Assembly (NCBI GenBank): GCA_040357565.1
Contig: JBDODJ010000035.1
Strand: one strand, 5' to 3'
DNA length: 64,000 bases
From: Cercozoa sp. M6MM
Taxonomy: Eukaryota > Protista > Endomyxa: Ascetosporea
Position numbers and translations under genes: made by a program. This document shows positions 41,699 through 56,644 of the stretch, in pieces. The notes beneath the pieces were generated by a model. That model worked only from the letters and a program-made list of their open reading frames with translations. It was not told where the DNA came from and made no database searches. Each line of letters begins with the position of its first letter. The first letter of the stretch is position 1.

Positions 41699-43116
41699 AT
41701 GATTCGCCGCTGGCTCGAGCAGCGCCGGCAGCAGCAGAAGTACTCGCTGGGTGCGTTGAGGTCCTGTCCTTCCTTCCATCTGCAAACGTTGATGTTAAAG
41801 TCATCTATTTCCTGCAGAGGCTCTGAAGCGGCATCATACGACTCTGCTGCGCGAGCCAGAAATCACAGCGCGCAACTGTAGTCTTGTGATCGAGGTACAG
41901 TCACATAGTTCTTCCTGTACACTTCCTGCATACACTTGTACTTTTGTACATGATGTCCGTCCACATGTATCTGATTGTTCTGATTCAGACGCTGCGTGCG
42001 ATTGCCGAGCTGCTGATCTGGGGTGAGCAACAACGCGATGCGCGCTTCTTCGCCTTCTTTGCCGAGCACTGTAGTTTTACCCGCCTTTTTCCCCCCCCCC
42101 CTTTACCCGCCTTTTACTCTCCTTTACCCCGCCCCCTTCATCCCTGCCCCTCTGTAGCCATGCTGCAGCACTTTGTGCGCCTGCTGGACCAGGAGCACGT
42201 GACGTCGGCCGTCAAGACGCAGATTCTGCAGTCGCTGTCGATCATCGTGGCCAACCTGCAGCAGGACGTGTCTGGTACAATTGTACCTGGCCTGTTTGCC
42301 CCCCTTGACTAGCACGGTGTGCACCCCCTTAACTGCGTATGTGTGTCCGACAGTGTACTACCTGCTGTCCAACAACGTCGTGAACGATCTGATCGTGCAC
42401 CGTCACTTTGACTTTTCGGACGAGGAACTGCTCGGCTACTTTGTGTCCTTCCTGCGCACGCTGTCCTGTCGCCTCAATGTCAACACGGTACCGTTGGTTT
42501 GTACCGGGTCCGTTTGTACCAGCCTTGTCCATTTGTACCTGTGGTTCTGCCTGTGCACAGCTGCAGTTCTTCTTCAATGCGCAAGCCAATGACTTTCCGC
42601 TCTACTCGGGTACGCTCTGAGTGATCGCACCGTCACTGAGTGATCGATCAGTGATCGACACTGACTGGACTGACTGAGAGCTAAATTGACACGTGCGCAG
42701 AGGCCATTCGGTTCTTCCACCACCCGGAGCGCATGGTGCGCGTCGCCGTGCGCACCGTCACGCTGCACGTGTAGTTTGGGGGGGGGGGGGGGGGGGGGGG
42801 GGGNNNNNNNNNNNNNNNNNNNNNNNNNNNNNNNNNNNNNNNNNNNNNNNNNNNNNNNNNNNNNNNNNNNNNNNNNNNNNNNNNNNNNNNNNNNNNNNNN
42901 NNNTCGGCCAGTTTCCGTCTGTCGGTGGCGGATTCGGAGCTGCGTCGCTTCATTCTGGATCAGTACACACTAGACACTTTTGCTGGGTGGTCCAGATGGA
43001 CGGTACACTTTGTACCTGTAGGACAGCGGTGCCGTACTTTTCCAACCTCGTGTGGTTCGTGCGACGCGAGTGCGTGGCCTTGTCGGCGCTCACGCAGCGG
43101 CACCAGGTGTGTATCT

Positions 43117-43156
<40 letters not shown>

Positions 43157-44338
43157 NNNNNNNNNNNNNNNNNNNNNNNNNNNNNNNNNNNNNNNNNNNN
43201 NNNNNNNNNNNNNNNNNNNNNNNNNNNNNNNNNNNNNNNNNNNNNNNNNNNNNNNNCCCCCCCCCCCGCAGGAGACGCCGCAGAAGAACACAGCGACTCG
43301 CATCAGGTACTGAGTGACCACGTGGCTGACAGAGTGAGCACGTGGTCGATCACGTGGTTGAGTGAGCACGTGGTCGATCACGTGGTTGAGTGACCACGTG
43401 GGTGACTGAGTGACCACGTGACTGGGTGATCAGTGCCAAGAGCGACGAGATTCTCGACTTTCTGTTCTACTGCAACGACATCTTCGCTCTCGGCATCGCC
43501 GATCTGTCGCAGGCGCTGCTGGACCAGCTGCTGTCGCATCTGGTGTCTTACCCCCCTCCTCCTGTCCGCGCGGATGCACACTGGCCCCTTTATCCTGCTG
43601 CACCCCCTGATTCTTGACCCTGAACCTTGGACCCTTGACCCTGTACCCTTGACCTTGGACCCTTGACACAGATAGTGCCGGTACTGGTGGGTTCGCTGTG
43701 GTCGCCCGAGATGCCAGCGCTCGACCTGGAGGGTTTTACCCCCTTCTTCCCCCCCCCCCCCCTTCCCCCTTCATACTCCCCTACCCCTCCCCTCCTTTTT
43801 CCCCCCCCCCCCGCGTCGGTAGCCGATGTCGAAGTGAAGCGCTGTCCGTCGGCGCATTTTGAGTTTCTGACACAGGTGTGTTCCATGTGTACACTGGTCC
43901 GTGTGTACACTGGTCCGTGTATACTGTCCATGTGTACACTGGTCCGTGTATACTGTCCATGTGTACCTGTCCATGTGTACACTGGTCCGTGTGTACACTG
44001 TTTCTATGCTGGGCCGGGTCAGAGCAAGAGCACGCCGCGACTGCTGCCGCGCGTGGCGGCGTATCTGCTGACGCAGGTGACCTGTTTTNNNNNNNNNNNN
44101 NNNNNNNNNNNNNNNNNNNNNNNNNNNNNNNNNNNNNNNNNNNNNNNNNNNNNNNNNNNNNNNNNNNNNNNNNNNNNNNNNNNNNNNNCCCCCCCCCCCT
44201 CTGTTTACTCCTCTGTACTCCCTCTTACCGCTCTCATTTACCCCCCTCCCCCCAGGTGCTGGACGTGTTCGACTATGACGTGCTGGTGAATGCCGTTGTC
44301 ACATGTACCCTCGCTTCTTGTGGTATGTGTGTGTTGTA

Positions 44339-44370
<32 letters not shown>

Positions 44371-44744
44371 GTTGTATTGGTGCGTCCGCGCGGACACAGG
44401 CGTGTTCAACGAGCGGCCGCCGCAGCTGCTGCGGCAGCTGATCGAGGAGCCGCCGGCCTTCCCGGTGCAGTGCTCGGTGGCGGTGGCGACGGCGCTGTGT
44501 CCGACACTGTACGTGCAGCAGCGATCGCCTCATTCCTACGCAGCGATCACTGATCGATCAGTATCATCGTCACCGTCAGTGGTTACTCCAGTGGTCACTC
44601 AAGTGGTCACTCCAGTGGTCACTTCGGCCGTCACTCCCGTGGGCAGTCCGATGGGCAGCACACCGACGCGCGAGGCGCCGCCGTGCCAGCCGCACCCGCA
44701 GCAGCTGCTGGACGACCTGGCACAACAACAACAACAACAACAGC

Positions 44745-44817
<73 letters not shown>

Positions 44818-47092
44818 CAATGATGCCAGTGACGGTGTCACCGATGATACCACTGACACTGACGGTGACACTAACGGTGACACGGACGGTGACACCACAC
44901 TCCTGGACCGCAATGTGCTGCAGCCGCGCGGACAGCTGCCGCTGCTCCAGCAGCTGTCGTCGCCGATCTCGCGTCGCGACGACCTGCGCGCCTGCCTGTC
45001 GCGTACACTCTGCCCCCCCTTAACCAACCTGCCCCTTAACCAACCTGCCCCTTAACCGACCTGCCCCTTAACCAACCTGCCCCTTAACCAACCTGCCCCT
45101 TAACCNNNNNNNNNNTAACCAACCTGCCCCTTAACCAACCTGCCCCTTAACCAACCTGCCCCCTTAATCCTGCTCCTTAACTGACACTCCCTTAAGTATA
45201 CATTGTTGTAGGCAACCGCGCGCGCAGTTTCGTCGTGTCGCAGCTCAACGGCGACGACGCCTCTGTCGCTGTGTGGTATGCCCCCTTAGCCCCCTTACCC
45301 CTTTACCCCCCTACCCCCTTACCCCTTTTACCCACGTTACCCTCTTACCCCCCTCTTGCCTCTCCCCCTCCAGTGCGGCATTGGCGCTGGCGGCGACGTC
45401 GTCGGTGGCGCACGCCGACGTGCTCAGTGGGTGCGTGGGCCTTTCTGGTATTTGTCTGGGTGGGGGTGCTGTGTCCGCGTGGATGTGCGTGTCTGTGCAG
45501 CTGCGGTCTGCTGCCGCCGAAGCGACTGCGGCGACGCCGTCTGCTGCAGTCGCTTCTGCTGGACGATGTGGCTGATCGATCAGACGGTGTGGTTGATCGA
45601 TCAGACGGTGTGACTGACGGTGACACTACTGATACCGACGGTGGTGATACTGAGTGCCCGGAGTACTCTGACCTGGTGGAGTCGCTGGTGGCGGTGCTGT
45701 CGCGCGACTCGCTGCGCGTGGCCTCACTGTACCACTCTCTGACTGGGGGATCATCTCTGACTGGGGGATCATCTCTGACTGGGGGATCATCTCTGAATGG
45801 GGGATCATCTCTGAATGGGTGATCATCTGGGTGCAGGTCGCTGCTGTGCTCGCTGTGCGACCGACTGGCCGTATGCCCTTATGATTATAGGTAGACTTCG
45901 GTCTGTGTGTGTGTGTACATGTGTGTTCGCGCGGAGCAGCACCCGTCGCTGATACCGTCGCACGCGGCGGCACTGGCACGTGCGCTGGCATGTGCGCGTC
46001 GCCACGTGGCCACTGTGTTCGGTTGCGAGACGGCACCGTCGCAGTCTGCCGAGACGAGTGAGGAGGAGGAGTCGCCGCTGGCTGGCATGCTGCTCGACGT
46101 CGTCGAACACGAGTGGCTCGCGCTGTGCAAGGTGTGATTACCCCCCTGTTTACCCCCCTGTTTACCCCTCTGTTTACCCCTCTGTTTACCCCCCTGTTTA
46201 CCCCTCTGTTTACCCCCCTGTTTACCCCNNNNNNNNNNNNNNNNNNNNNNNNNNNNNNNNNNNNNNNNNNNNNNNNNNNNNNNNNNNNNNNNNNNNNNNN
46301 NNNNNNNNNNNNNNNNNNNNNNNNNNNNCCCCCCCCCCCGTGTTGTTAGGTGGTGCGCTACCTGCTGCTGCGTCGGCTGTCGCAGCGACTGGGCGACGGT
46401 AGTGCCGAGTTGGCGATCTTCGAGGCACCGTCGATTCGGGCCTGTCAGGTAGACCACGCGCACTTCGACTCTCTCTTTCTGGTCTTGTGTTCTTGTATTT
46501 GTGTTCTTGTATTTCTTTTGTTGTGTTTCTCGTTTGTATTTGAGGATGGGGTGTGTGTCAGACGCTCAGTTCGGCCAGTCTGTCGCTGGTGCCGGTGCGC
46601 GTGCCGTCGCCGGGAACGCCGCGTGGAGTGCGACTCTTCGCGTGGCTACAGGATGACTTCCTGTGCCTCGTGACGCCGCATGTATTCTTTACCCCCTCGT
46701 CCCCTGCCTTCCCTCCAACCCCCCCCCCCCCCCGCGCTGTAGGAAGAGGAACACGTCAAGGTGCTGATGGCCGTTCCGATGCACGCTTTGACGGCACGCG
46801 AGGACGGTATCAATACGCTGAGTCTGCGGATTCGTGCGCCACATAAGGTGCTTGCATAATGTACATGGATGGACATGCATGTCTATGTATATTGTATATG
46901 TGTATTATATATATATATCGAATGTATAAAATGTCTGTGTGTGGGCAGCCGCATGCCTCTTGTCGCATCGTCGAGGGCACGCATGACCGGCCGCAGTGGC
47001 TGCTGCGTCTCGCCTTCTTTGGCGACGACATGGCTCTGCGTACCACGCTTGCTTTTGTGCAGCACCACCGCACGTACATTGTCCCTCTGATT

Positions 47093-47153
<61 letters not shown>

Positions 47154-47163
47154 NNNNNNNNNN

Positions 47164-47213
<50 letters not shown>

Positions 47214-47357
47214 CCTCGGCATTGCACTGCTTGCTACAGGAGGAGGCGCCGCCAAATGCTGCGGCAGCTGCGCGCCTTGTTCGCCGGCGAGTCGACCGCG
47301 CCTCCTGCTGGAGCTGCCGAGCACGTCGGCCCCACTGACAGCCAACCGCGGAAGTAA
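41699..47357 (+). CDS. CLEC16A: CLEC16A/GOP-1/TT9 family protein (FPL domain)
   Basis: LRAIAELLIWGEQ, QILQSLSIIVANL, YYLLSNNVVNDLI, FDFSDEELLGYFVSFLRTLS, FFFN..DFPLY and FFHHPERMVRVAVRTVTL. Confidence 0.92.
44723..44815 (+). repeat. Exonic (CAA/CAG)n repeat encoding a 31-residue polyQ tract
   Basis: In frame within a CLEC16A exon. Confidence 0.85.
45017..45165 (+). repeat. Intronic 16-bp minisatellite (TTAACCAACCTGCCCC)n
   Basis: About 8-9 tandem copies, interrupted by a 10-N gap. Confidence 0.9.
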
Positions 47358-47524
47358 CGCAAGTCTACTGTACGAGTCGGTCACGTCACAGCTCTAAAGC
47401 GAAATCTACTATCTGTGTACTCGGCGGCGACCGTACCGCGACGGTACGCCGTATGATTGGGATTTAATGTCGAGCGGTCTGCGCTGTCTGACGGGTGCTC
47501 CAGTCAAGTCAAAAACAAACTATG

Positions 47525-50500
47525 TCAGTGGCGGAAGGGTTGAAGGCGACCAAGGTCAAGTTTTAAACTTTGCCCGCGCCTTGCTGTACATTTGAATACA
47601 CGAGGCAAAGATACAGCAAACACCGTTGATGGGTTGAAAAAGAAGCGTAAAAGGTACGTACACTGTGGAATATCGTCACGTGGCAGAAGGTCGTGATCTC
47701 CGACTTCGAGTTCGTTAAAGCCAAAAAGTGCGAGGTTCGCATCAGACAAGGCGCGGTCCAGTCGTCGTGCTTCAAATGAGTCAGCGTAAAATGCTATCGT
47801 TTGTAACCCAAAACAAACGAAGGTGTGGCACTGCATACCAGAACGCGTTGTGTCGTCGCCGTGGCGTTCAAGTGTGCGCACGACACTCCGAGAGAAGAAG
47901 GTACGGTTTTCCACAGGCTCTCCGTTTTCTTCAGAGACAGTACACTCATTGCACAGATAGTCGGTACAGTAGCCTTTTGGTGTATCCCAAAACCTACCGG
48001 AGTCAGAGAAGCGAAACGTTGGCTTCGGTATCAACTGATCGGCGAGTGCTGCCCACCCAAGTTTCGCTTGTGGTATCGCTGGTGCAGATGCCAGGTGCTT
48101 TCTTGCCTCCTCTCCCTTGCCTGTAAGAAACGCTTCACACTTTAATATCTACATATATCGGTCTAAATCAAGTACGAACCATTTGCGCGCAGACGCCGCG
48201 CACTCATGGTGCGGCGCAAGTTTGCACGTTCGGCATGTGTGCGATTACGCGAGCGGAGAAATGACATTGACGTCTCTGAAAGTAGCATCTTGAGATGCAG
48301 AATCGCAGGCAAGTGTATCATCCTTAAACCCACCTGCAGTGTACTGTTGCTCCCGATGCGAGTTGAGGCGTCGTATCGCCGAACGACGGGGTGTCGGCTA
48401 AAGGCAACATAGCAAAAATGGCACGTTGTTTTGTCATGCACATGGCGACAGCGAATGACTACCGAGGTAGCAGCACGCTGATGAGAATACAGTGTGGGTG
48501 CACTGAGTTGCAAAAATTGCTTGTGGGGAAGGGAGTGCGTGGGGAGGGACAATCGAGGCACTGCAGAATGTACAACGCACAATCAAATATGCGTATAGTA
48601 ATGACATACCGTTGGTCATACGCAACGGTACTTTCAGCTGCAGGTCCCACATGTTTCCTGGTGCAAGGTCTCCGATTTTCGTGAGACACGCTTTGCATGA
48701 ATCCATAAAACTAATCTACTTCTACTTCAAACATTGCATTTTTGAATTGCACCTGTGCGCGAGAAAGAGAGGACCGAAGGCACGCTCTTCGGCTCAGTGT
48801 TGGAGGCCACAAGCAGCGTGTCTGCCTTTTGGAGTCCGTTAATCACACCTACACAGATTAACGCTTTCAGTTCTCTTCCATACCACACTGGCAGCGTACC
48901 GTCACTGACGCGACAGGAGGCGGTGACAGGAATAGATGACTTCGACACCAAGCGACGAGCTGCATACAACGAGGCACTTTGTTGGTTTGCGACGTTGCGG
49001 CACACCTGCAGTAAATACCACAAACTGTCAACAGGCAAGCTACTGGTGCAGTTCGAACCAGGTTTACCTGAGAAAAGTCTAAAAGTGCGACGCGACCATT
49101 TGAGAGTCCAAGTGCAACAAAAGCACCCTCAAGTTCGCATATCGCTGATACATAAACGCGTGTGCAGTGTTCGTCGCTGTCGCGCGGAGAAGTTGTCTTC
49201 CCCCGAAAACTCGACAATTTGTGGTGCTTTGTAGATTTCCGCAAAACGTCGCCAATTCGACATCGCTGCAGCATTTGAAAGCGCATTAAGCTAGGCGGCA
49301 GTCCCCAGATGTCAAGTTCACCATTGTCCCAGCACAGTAACAGAATGGGTGCGAGCGTGCTGTCCTCAGGATGTAGAACCGTGGCTGTAGTTACTTGAGC
49401 GACGCTTTGAGTGACAACTTGACTGCGGTGAAGTCAAGAGGCCTCTGTGAATGCAGTGAGAAAAATGAAGTGGAAGCAGTAAGTTTACACGTGTTCGCCG
49501 GTGCGCGATGAGTCAAACTGCGATTCCGGTGCCAAATAGCTGACGGAAGGAAGTGTATCTGTTTTTCGCAGTTGTCGTAGCTAAATATACACAGTGCCAG
49601 CGTAGCGAATTTCTATTTACCAACTCGTATACTTGATTTACGGAATCACAAAATTGATATACGGTGTGGGAGTCGTAGAAAACGAGAGAAGACGAGAGAA
49701 TAGCAATACAGACACCATCTTTCGGGTCCAGCAGGCAGTCCACAATGGGCTCGTTTACATCCTGGAGACAAGGGATATGACAGATTCACTGCCCTTTCGC
49801 TAGGAAAAAGCAAACACACCTCCATTCGTAATGCCCAGATTCGAGAGACATCATCTTTGCCGATGTTGCTGTCGTTTTCAGGTGCAGGAGGCGAAATGTT
49901 TGGAGGTGCATACCTTGCGTGAGACAAGTCTCCACCTCCAGAAGCGGCGATGCTGTGAAGACAGCAAGGGAATACAGTGGGCACACTCATCCCACCAGAA
50001 GCGCAGTTTAGGAGTGTTTGAATACCTAATCAGAAGCGAAGAACTAGAACCGTATGCAAACAACCGCTCTCCCACAGGGTCAAAGCGCACGTGCTGCATG
50101 GTGTCGGCAGGTATTCTTAACTTGACCGCCGCGTTGGGGCGAAGTCGCAAGTCGAGTCGTCGCACAATCTCGCCAGCTGCTGCGTTGCATTCTAGCAGCA
50201 CACCTCCAAGTAGCACGATCCAAAGCAGGTCTGGTCTATCATCTCGGTGGTCACAAAACTGCAAGTCCTGAATACGTGCCCATGCTGCGAGCGAGACGAC
50301 GTGTTCAAGTGCACCATCTGCGAGATTGAAGATGCGTACTTCGCGAGAATTTTTAGGTGCCGTTGCAATCAAGTGCGATGCCGGCTGCGTCGACATCAAC
50401 AAGGCCACACCTCCAACTGCGTCAAAGGTTTCTTTCGTCGAAGACTCATCGCAAGTGTGCACCTGAAGGACCCCTGTTCCCAGACTCATGAAGCGCACCG

Positions 50501-53020
50501 TCGTTGTTTTTGAAAGCACGCCTCCAAATACGCTGCCGAGACCCTTCTTGCTGCCAGAGGTGCTAAGTGACTCTGAATCGCTGCCATTGACAATTGAAAG
50601 CTGTGCGGCACGAATGCAGTTGCCCGTGCTGAGGTCCCAAGTGCGCAACCATCCGCGCGAATCGAGTGACACCAAGAAATTCGACCACGGATCGAGAGCA
50701 TCGACCGACGGTATTGTCCAGCAGCCACGAACAGGCACGGTGTGCCCTGTCATGGTGGCCATCACGTCACCTGTTAGTACTGAAGCAGCTACAATCGTTC
50801 TGTCAATCGACGCTGAGCAGAGTAGCTTGTGTCGAGGCGCGTAGGTCAGTGCTGTTACTGCACGTTGCTGCCCAAGTCCATAAGGTAGATTCAATTGTGG
50901 GATCATCTACATACTGAATTCAACAAAGTGTCATTTACATGGCTCCGCCAGCGTTGCCAAACACTGCGAGTGCAGCGTGGCACAAATCTTGAAGCCTTCC
51001 GACGCTCCACGACGGCACGAAGTCCTCGAGTTCCCGATGCCTGGCACAAAAGATGATGTTCATAGTGCAACAGCAGCAAAACGGCAGATCCAACACACAA
51101 GCAAGCGCAAATTCGCACGAGCTCGCGCACTTGCGTCGCAACGCGACTTGTCGAACTCTGGTGAGATGTTCCTGTAATACCCGAAAGTCGATGGAGTCAG
51201 GTTTATAGCATTGTATACAACTGTAAAACCGAATTACGAGCGGCTTGCTTCAAAAATAAACCCGCGGACGTTAGAAGTGTATCTGTCAGCACAAACTTGG
51301 CCATCTGCTGATGCTGCGCACAGCGCCCCGAACTCTGGAGCATGTTAGCATAATATAGTAGTAAACTTACACATAATAGCAATACCAGGCAGCCACAGCA
51401 GCGTACTCACGGCGTGGGCCATCTCGCCCAACGATGTCGTGCCTCCTTTCGAGAAAATGTGCCACGATGCGAATGGCCCTTCAACGTCGAGTTCTCGTCG
51501 CATGTGGTGAGGCTGCTTCTGTTGCTGACGTAAACGTGCATCGACATTCGCACCTGTGTCACGTTTCCACAGTGCGAACAGTCCGTAGGCTAAGCTCAGT
51601 TGCTCAGTACTGAATACGCCTCCATTCTGCAAGTCGCTGTTGTTATTTTTGGCCATCCACGAGGCAACTTGACTGTCCACAAGACCGAGGCGCAAGCCCT
51701 GGAACTGAAAGGCGCGCACCGAACGGAAGATGTCCCAAGCATTGACGACGCCACCTGCAGTTCCCGCAAACAGGACACCGAGAGAAGGCGCCCACTGCAA
51801 GGAGAGAATGGCTTCCTCCGGGTACCAAATCCGAAACAATCGCGCTGGCAGTGACGTTATCCGGACATGTGATGACGCACGAGAAAACAAGGTTTTAGTG
51901 TTGACCCACAAGCCTATGAGGCAAGACGGAGTGGCAAGCACAAGCATGCATGAGGAACTGTCCGGCAGTATGACTTCGTCAGGAATGTCGTGGCTTCGAG
52001 CACGTGGCTGAATCGGGGACGCAAAGAAGTCGAAAGCCTCAACGTGCGAAATCTTTGGTGGCGATACATCATCCATACCGTGCGGTAGGTATTCTACTGC
52101 CGGGTTACCTCGTATTGCACACAGCATTCTGTACTCTTTTTGAATGGCCGAGTTGAAGTCGATGCGAGCCCGAACTGAACCACTGAATGCTGCGACCACA
52201 AAGCAGTGAGAATGCAACCAATTTTATCGTGGAGAAACAGAAAGGGGATAGCCATCGCTACGGTCGCAAAATCTCAGTGAGGAATCATCGCAAATCACAA
52301 TGTGGTTCACTCCAGCAGACGGTATTTCAACTCGCTTCATTTTTCGTCTAGTCGTGTACGAAGAAAGCCGTTGTTGCCTCTTTTACGGGAGAGTAGTAAG
52401 AATACTACATTAAGTGTTTGTAGCTCTGCAAAGTTACCACAACATGAAAATCGAGACTTGGAAGTTCAGGAGCTGCGAGACGAGCAGTCCAACGTTGGTT
52501 CCAAGCAGAAGTGGCGGCCAGGAACTGCTCAAAACCGATTTTCTTCGTCCCATAGTGCGCTCTTGTCACTATGCACGCGTAGTCACAGCTTCAGGTTGAC
52601 TAGGATAAATTAAGAAAACGTACAAAACAATAACTTCGCGGCAGCAAGTTTGACTTGCTTTGAACTCATTTTTGGTGTCCTCTCTCTGTCTCTGGCACGT
52701 TGTTTGCGCTTCGATAGGGATGATTCGATAGGAAAGAATTGAGAACAGGTCTCAATAAACTTCTTCAGATCCATTCGACCATCGCAATGCTCCTCGAAGA
52801 TATCACGAATGCGAACGATGACCTGAGGCGACCAGCTCGCACAGGCCCTCGCGCAGTAGCTCTCAACAGCTGCATAAAAACTCCGAGCTTCTGTCCAGTC
52901 CACCAAAGCCTGGGTGTGGCGGCGCCGACCGTGGCCTGGCATACTGTGCGCCCGTCGTCCTAGGTCAGTCCTATCGGCCTTCAATGTGGGACAATCGTCG
53001 AGAATTAAACACTGGTATTG
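47525..53020 (-). CDS. Large WD40-repeat protein with N-terminal EF-hand-like region (WDR49/EFCAB8-like)
   Basis: IRDIFEEHCDGRMDLKKFIE, then WD-type motifs LFAGTAGGVVNAWD, LCSASIDRTI..MTGHTVPV and LVSLDSRGWLRTWD. Long exons. Both ends are approximate. Confidence 0.6.
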
Positions 53021-53139
53021 CTGTCATTTTCTTGAATCCGCGCTGAAGGAATGACTGAATCACAACTTTGGAAAGGAGTATGAGACTGAATCCAGTAATT
53101 TTAGCGAGGTCTCGTTGTGCAGGACTTTAATCTCTCGAA

Positions 53140-54192
53140 ATGAGCGCATTCTGCGCGTCCCAAGTGCTGGCAGTCCGCAGTGCAGAAATTTTGCGAGAAA
53201 CGCCGACTGTGATAAATGTATTCCTTGAAAACCCTGCCAATTGGCCCGGGTTGGTGCCTATACCTTTTTGCTACTGCTGCAGGAAGAAAGGACGCTCCCA
53301 AGAGTAAAGTTTTGCGTCAGCAAGAGCACCGAAGCTGGTATTGATGGGAGTGACGTGTTCTATGCCCGACTAACAGGCCTTACCGGGGCCTCACTTCCCA
53401 GCGTGTTCCATGCTATAGTCGACGTGAAAAATTGTAATTTTATATCCCAAACACTGATGCTTGTGAGCAAATCTGTTCTAAATTACATAAATTAATTGAC
53501 ACATTTATTAAATTCATAGTTTTGCATATGTCTCGCAGACAAGGAGTTTGTTCCGTTTTGCAAAGCTTCGCGGTGCATTCGCCAGCGTACGTGTGAAGAT
53601 GACGAATTCGCACGTGACAATGATGTAAGCTCGGTGTAAATTTAGGAGAGAGGACTAAATAACTGATGTACAGGTACAGTCAGTACATTGTCTGTTGAAA
53701 ATGCAGTACGAATTGAGTGGCGGCATTTCCTTCTTCAAAGTCGCGTGGTGTTCTCGCGTGCGAAGTAGACGCGGTCTCGTGAGTGCTGACGACACGAGTG
53801 ATCTGGGCACTGACGGTGAGACGACTCGGATCGAGGAACAAGGTGGCAGTGCCAACACCTTTTACGACGAGGAGGACATCGACGGAGCCACCGTGGAGGC
53901 GCAGCTGCTCCCGCACCGGCCACGCTCGCCTTTCGTATGGCGTGGTGTCGCTGCTGCCGTGTTTCGTTCGCTGCATGCCAGATGGCGCATCGATCGAGTG
54001 TGCGTTCCCTTCGTCAGTTCGTTTTTCTATTGCACTGTAAGGTTACGTCGTATGTACAGGAACGAAGACTCTCGTGTGCGGTTCGAGTGCTGGTTCTCCT
54101 TTCGTAGTCCTCTGATCACACGTCTCGCGCTTTACTTCTTTGGCACTCCGGCCGGCGACATCATTGATGAGATAGCCGCCTTCACGCTGTAA
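53140..54192 (+). CDS. COQ10/RatA-like START (polyketide cyclase) domain protein
   Basis: Spliced VFHAIVDVKN-Y-KEFVPFCKASR, FRSLHARWRI and VRFECWFSFRSPL match the DV..Y.EFVPWC and F..L...W.F pattern of COQ10. Confidence 0.7.
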
Positions 54193-54807
54193 CCACTACA
54201 AACCCTTGTGTCGATGTCACAACTAAGCTAATTTTGCTGTAGGTGGCATGCGTTTGAAGAACGTGCCTTCCAGTTGGACGAGGAAACCCCCATGCTGCCT
54301 GCAGAATGATCGGATCGATTCTTCCACAGTCACAACCCCTGTCCGCTGTAAATTTACTATACGTCGCCCGACATAGCGAGCGACTCGTAGTCGTTCGGTA
54401 AGCGTTGCAGTTGACCAAAATGATGTTATGTTTACCGTACCGCACCGCCCGGCGTAGCATAGTGCTGTATGAGAATGTACAGTCTCCACATCTCGACTTG
54501 CCGGTGAGTGGGTGGCCATAGCGTACTAGTTTGGGGTCCAAAACTGATGGAATACGCCAAATTAACACATACTGAGCAAAATCGGCAACTCAGAGCACTT
54601 GCATGCATGTTATCTCGAAAGTGGTATGGACTACTACGGCCATGCGCTCGTGATGCACCCCGGGATTGGTCAGGGAAACTAAGTTTACATAAGTTTAGTT
54701 GGTTTCTTCGTAGACTGAACTAACTAACTAGACTCAATGGCAACCGCGACGCAGAGGCGAATCTCCACTCTCTTCTGAGTGGGGACGGTAGTACAGGCGA
54801 ACGGCTG

Positions 54808-56603
54808 CTATGTAGAACCCACGAGCTGGTCGCGACAGCGGCAGAATCGAACATCCTGCTCGGTCGCGTTCACTTGCGGTGACAAGAGCACACCACTCAC
54901 CGGCGGCAGTGTTCTGTAAAACAGACAACATGGCATCATGGTTGGCTATGTCAGTTTAAGTGTATATTTGGATACAGATAGAGTCGTGGCGCGCCTGTGA
55001 ACGCAACTTGAATATCGACAAAGAGCTCGTTCTTGCGTGCGAGTGAAAGCATACGTCGCGCTTGACCCACAGTGGGCGACATGTCCAGGTTGAACATCAG
55101 GTCGCTCACTGTGTGAAAATATACACACCGCGCAGTAACCAGTCAGTGTGCTGCGTACGCTAAACGGAGCATACCTGTGCCAGCCGGGAAGGTGACGTAC
55201 GGCATAGAACCTTTTCCGACCACAGATTGTTCGAACAGCACCGACACTGCGTGTTTACAGGAGGGATAATGTTTTAAATAAAAAGAACGGCATCAATACA
55301 ATGGTGCTAATCTACCTTCAGCTTTGTGCACAAGAACGTCAGCTCGGTTGGGATTGTAAATCGCCAGTTTGAACTGCATTGCCACCTCACCGCGTGTTAG
55401 GAACAAACCTGCCTTGTCGCAGTTCTTGAAACAGCGAACAAACACACTTGCTTAAAGTGCGGTACTCAATGTGCGTGCCATGTCGAGATCGCGACTGCAC
55501 ACGGAGAAGTCGGGAGCGTGTGGCCAGAACAGCACCGCCACTGCAAGTAATTGATTCCACCCCCAGGTGAATTCTACCAAAATAGATTTTGCAGAGTAAA
55601 TTCACCAACGCAAGTGGTGACTGCGACAACAGTGGTCAAGAAGAGGCACATGACTTCGCAGTAGGAAAAGTGGCGCATGCGCTGCCACAACGTCTTGCGA
55701 TAGGACGCACCACTTTCGCGCAAGCTTTCTGAGAAACAAGGGCATGTCGCGGACAAAACAATGACATTAAATGCATCAGCACTGTATTACGTCCACTACC
55801 TTGAACACTCGGTGGCTCATGGTTGATGCTGCTATAGGGAGCCGGGTCCATGGCACCGGAAAAACTGTGCTCCTCCGGCTCCAGCAAAGCTTCGTTCAAG
55901 TTGTTTGCTGCACATGCGTGTTCAAGTACAGTGTCACTTGGCACTCAAAGAAATCGCACATTCTGACTCAGGGGGTCTGTTGAGCAGGTTGAGTCGCAGG
56001 TTGTGACGACCGTCGTCGCCTGGCCAGATGTCAATTTAACTTGGTACATACACACCAATTTACCTGAGTAAGCACATAAATTTAGTATCCTCTGTGGATA
56101 AGATACCTCCACATGCCGCGTCGGCATAGCCCTTGGCACGGCAGCACTTGCAGCACAGGAAGCATCCGTAGCAGCAAACAAGAATGCCGAGTACGAGGCC
56201 AATTATTCCCCATGCACCTCCATCACCCGGCCCTGTGATGTAGCCTATAAACTCGGGTTCCTTGCGCAAGCATTGATCCGACACGGCGCAAGAGATCCCG
56301 ACAAAACAGCCATAGATGGAGCCAACTACCGAATGAAACCAACCCTCGAGCACACTGGGAAATAACGGAGCAAAAGGACGAACGAACACGCATGGCACGC
56401 CTGATCCGCGCAGTAGTGGCAACCTGTTGTTCTTTGGCAGTCAAAGCAACTATCCAGCGACGCACAGCTCTGAAAACCGCCAGTTTTAGGTACAACTACT
56501 GCAACGAAACTGCACTAGGAAACCTGACTGACCTGTTCTGCGAACAAATCGTCCTCTCGTCGATCGAGGAACTCGATTTCCCCGTTTTCGCTTTTGGTTC
56601 CAT
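54808..56603 (-). CDS. Membrane protein with Cys-rich TM segments and a C-terminal LEA_2/WHy-like domain
   Basis: ATG at 56603. TM segments GAWGIIGLVLGILVCCYGCFLCC and VMCLFLTTVVAV, then LAIYNPNRADVLV..VSVLFEQSVVG (NPN motif). May be two genes. Confidence 0.4.
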
Positions 56604-56644
56604 TTAGCGAGTTCAGCCGGAGCACAGTAGCTCTTTCTACCTGC

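Noticed and set aside
42777-43270. Poly-G/poly-C intron tracts as G-quadruplex or hairpin elements
   Set aside because: They abut N-gaps, so their lengths are unreliable and may be sequencing artefacts.
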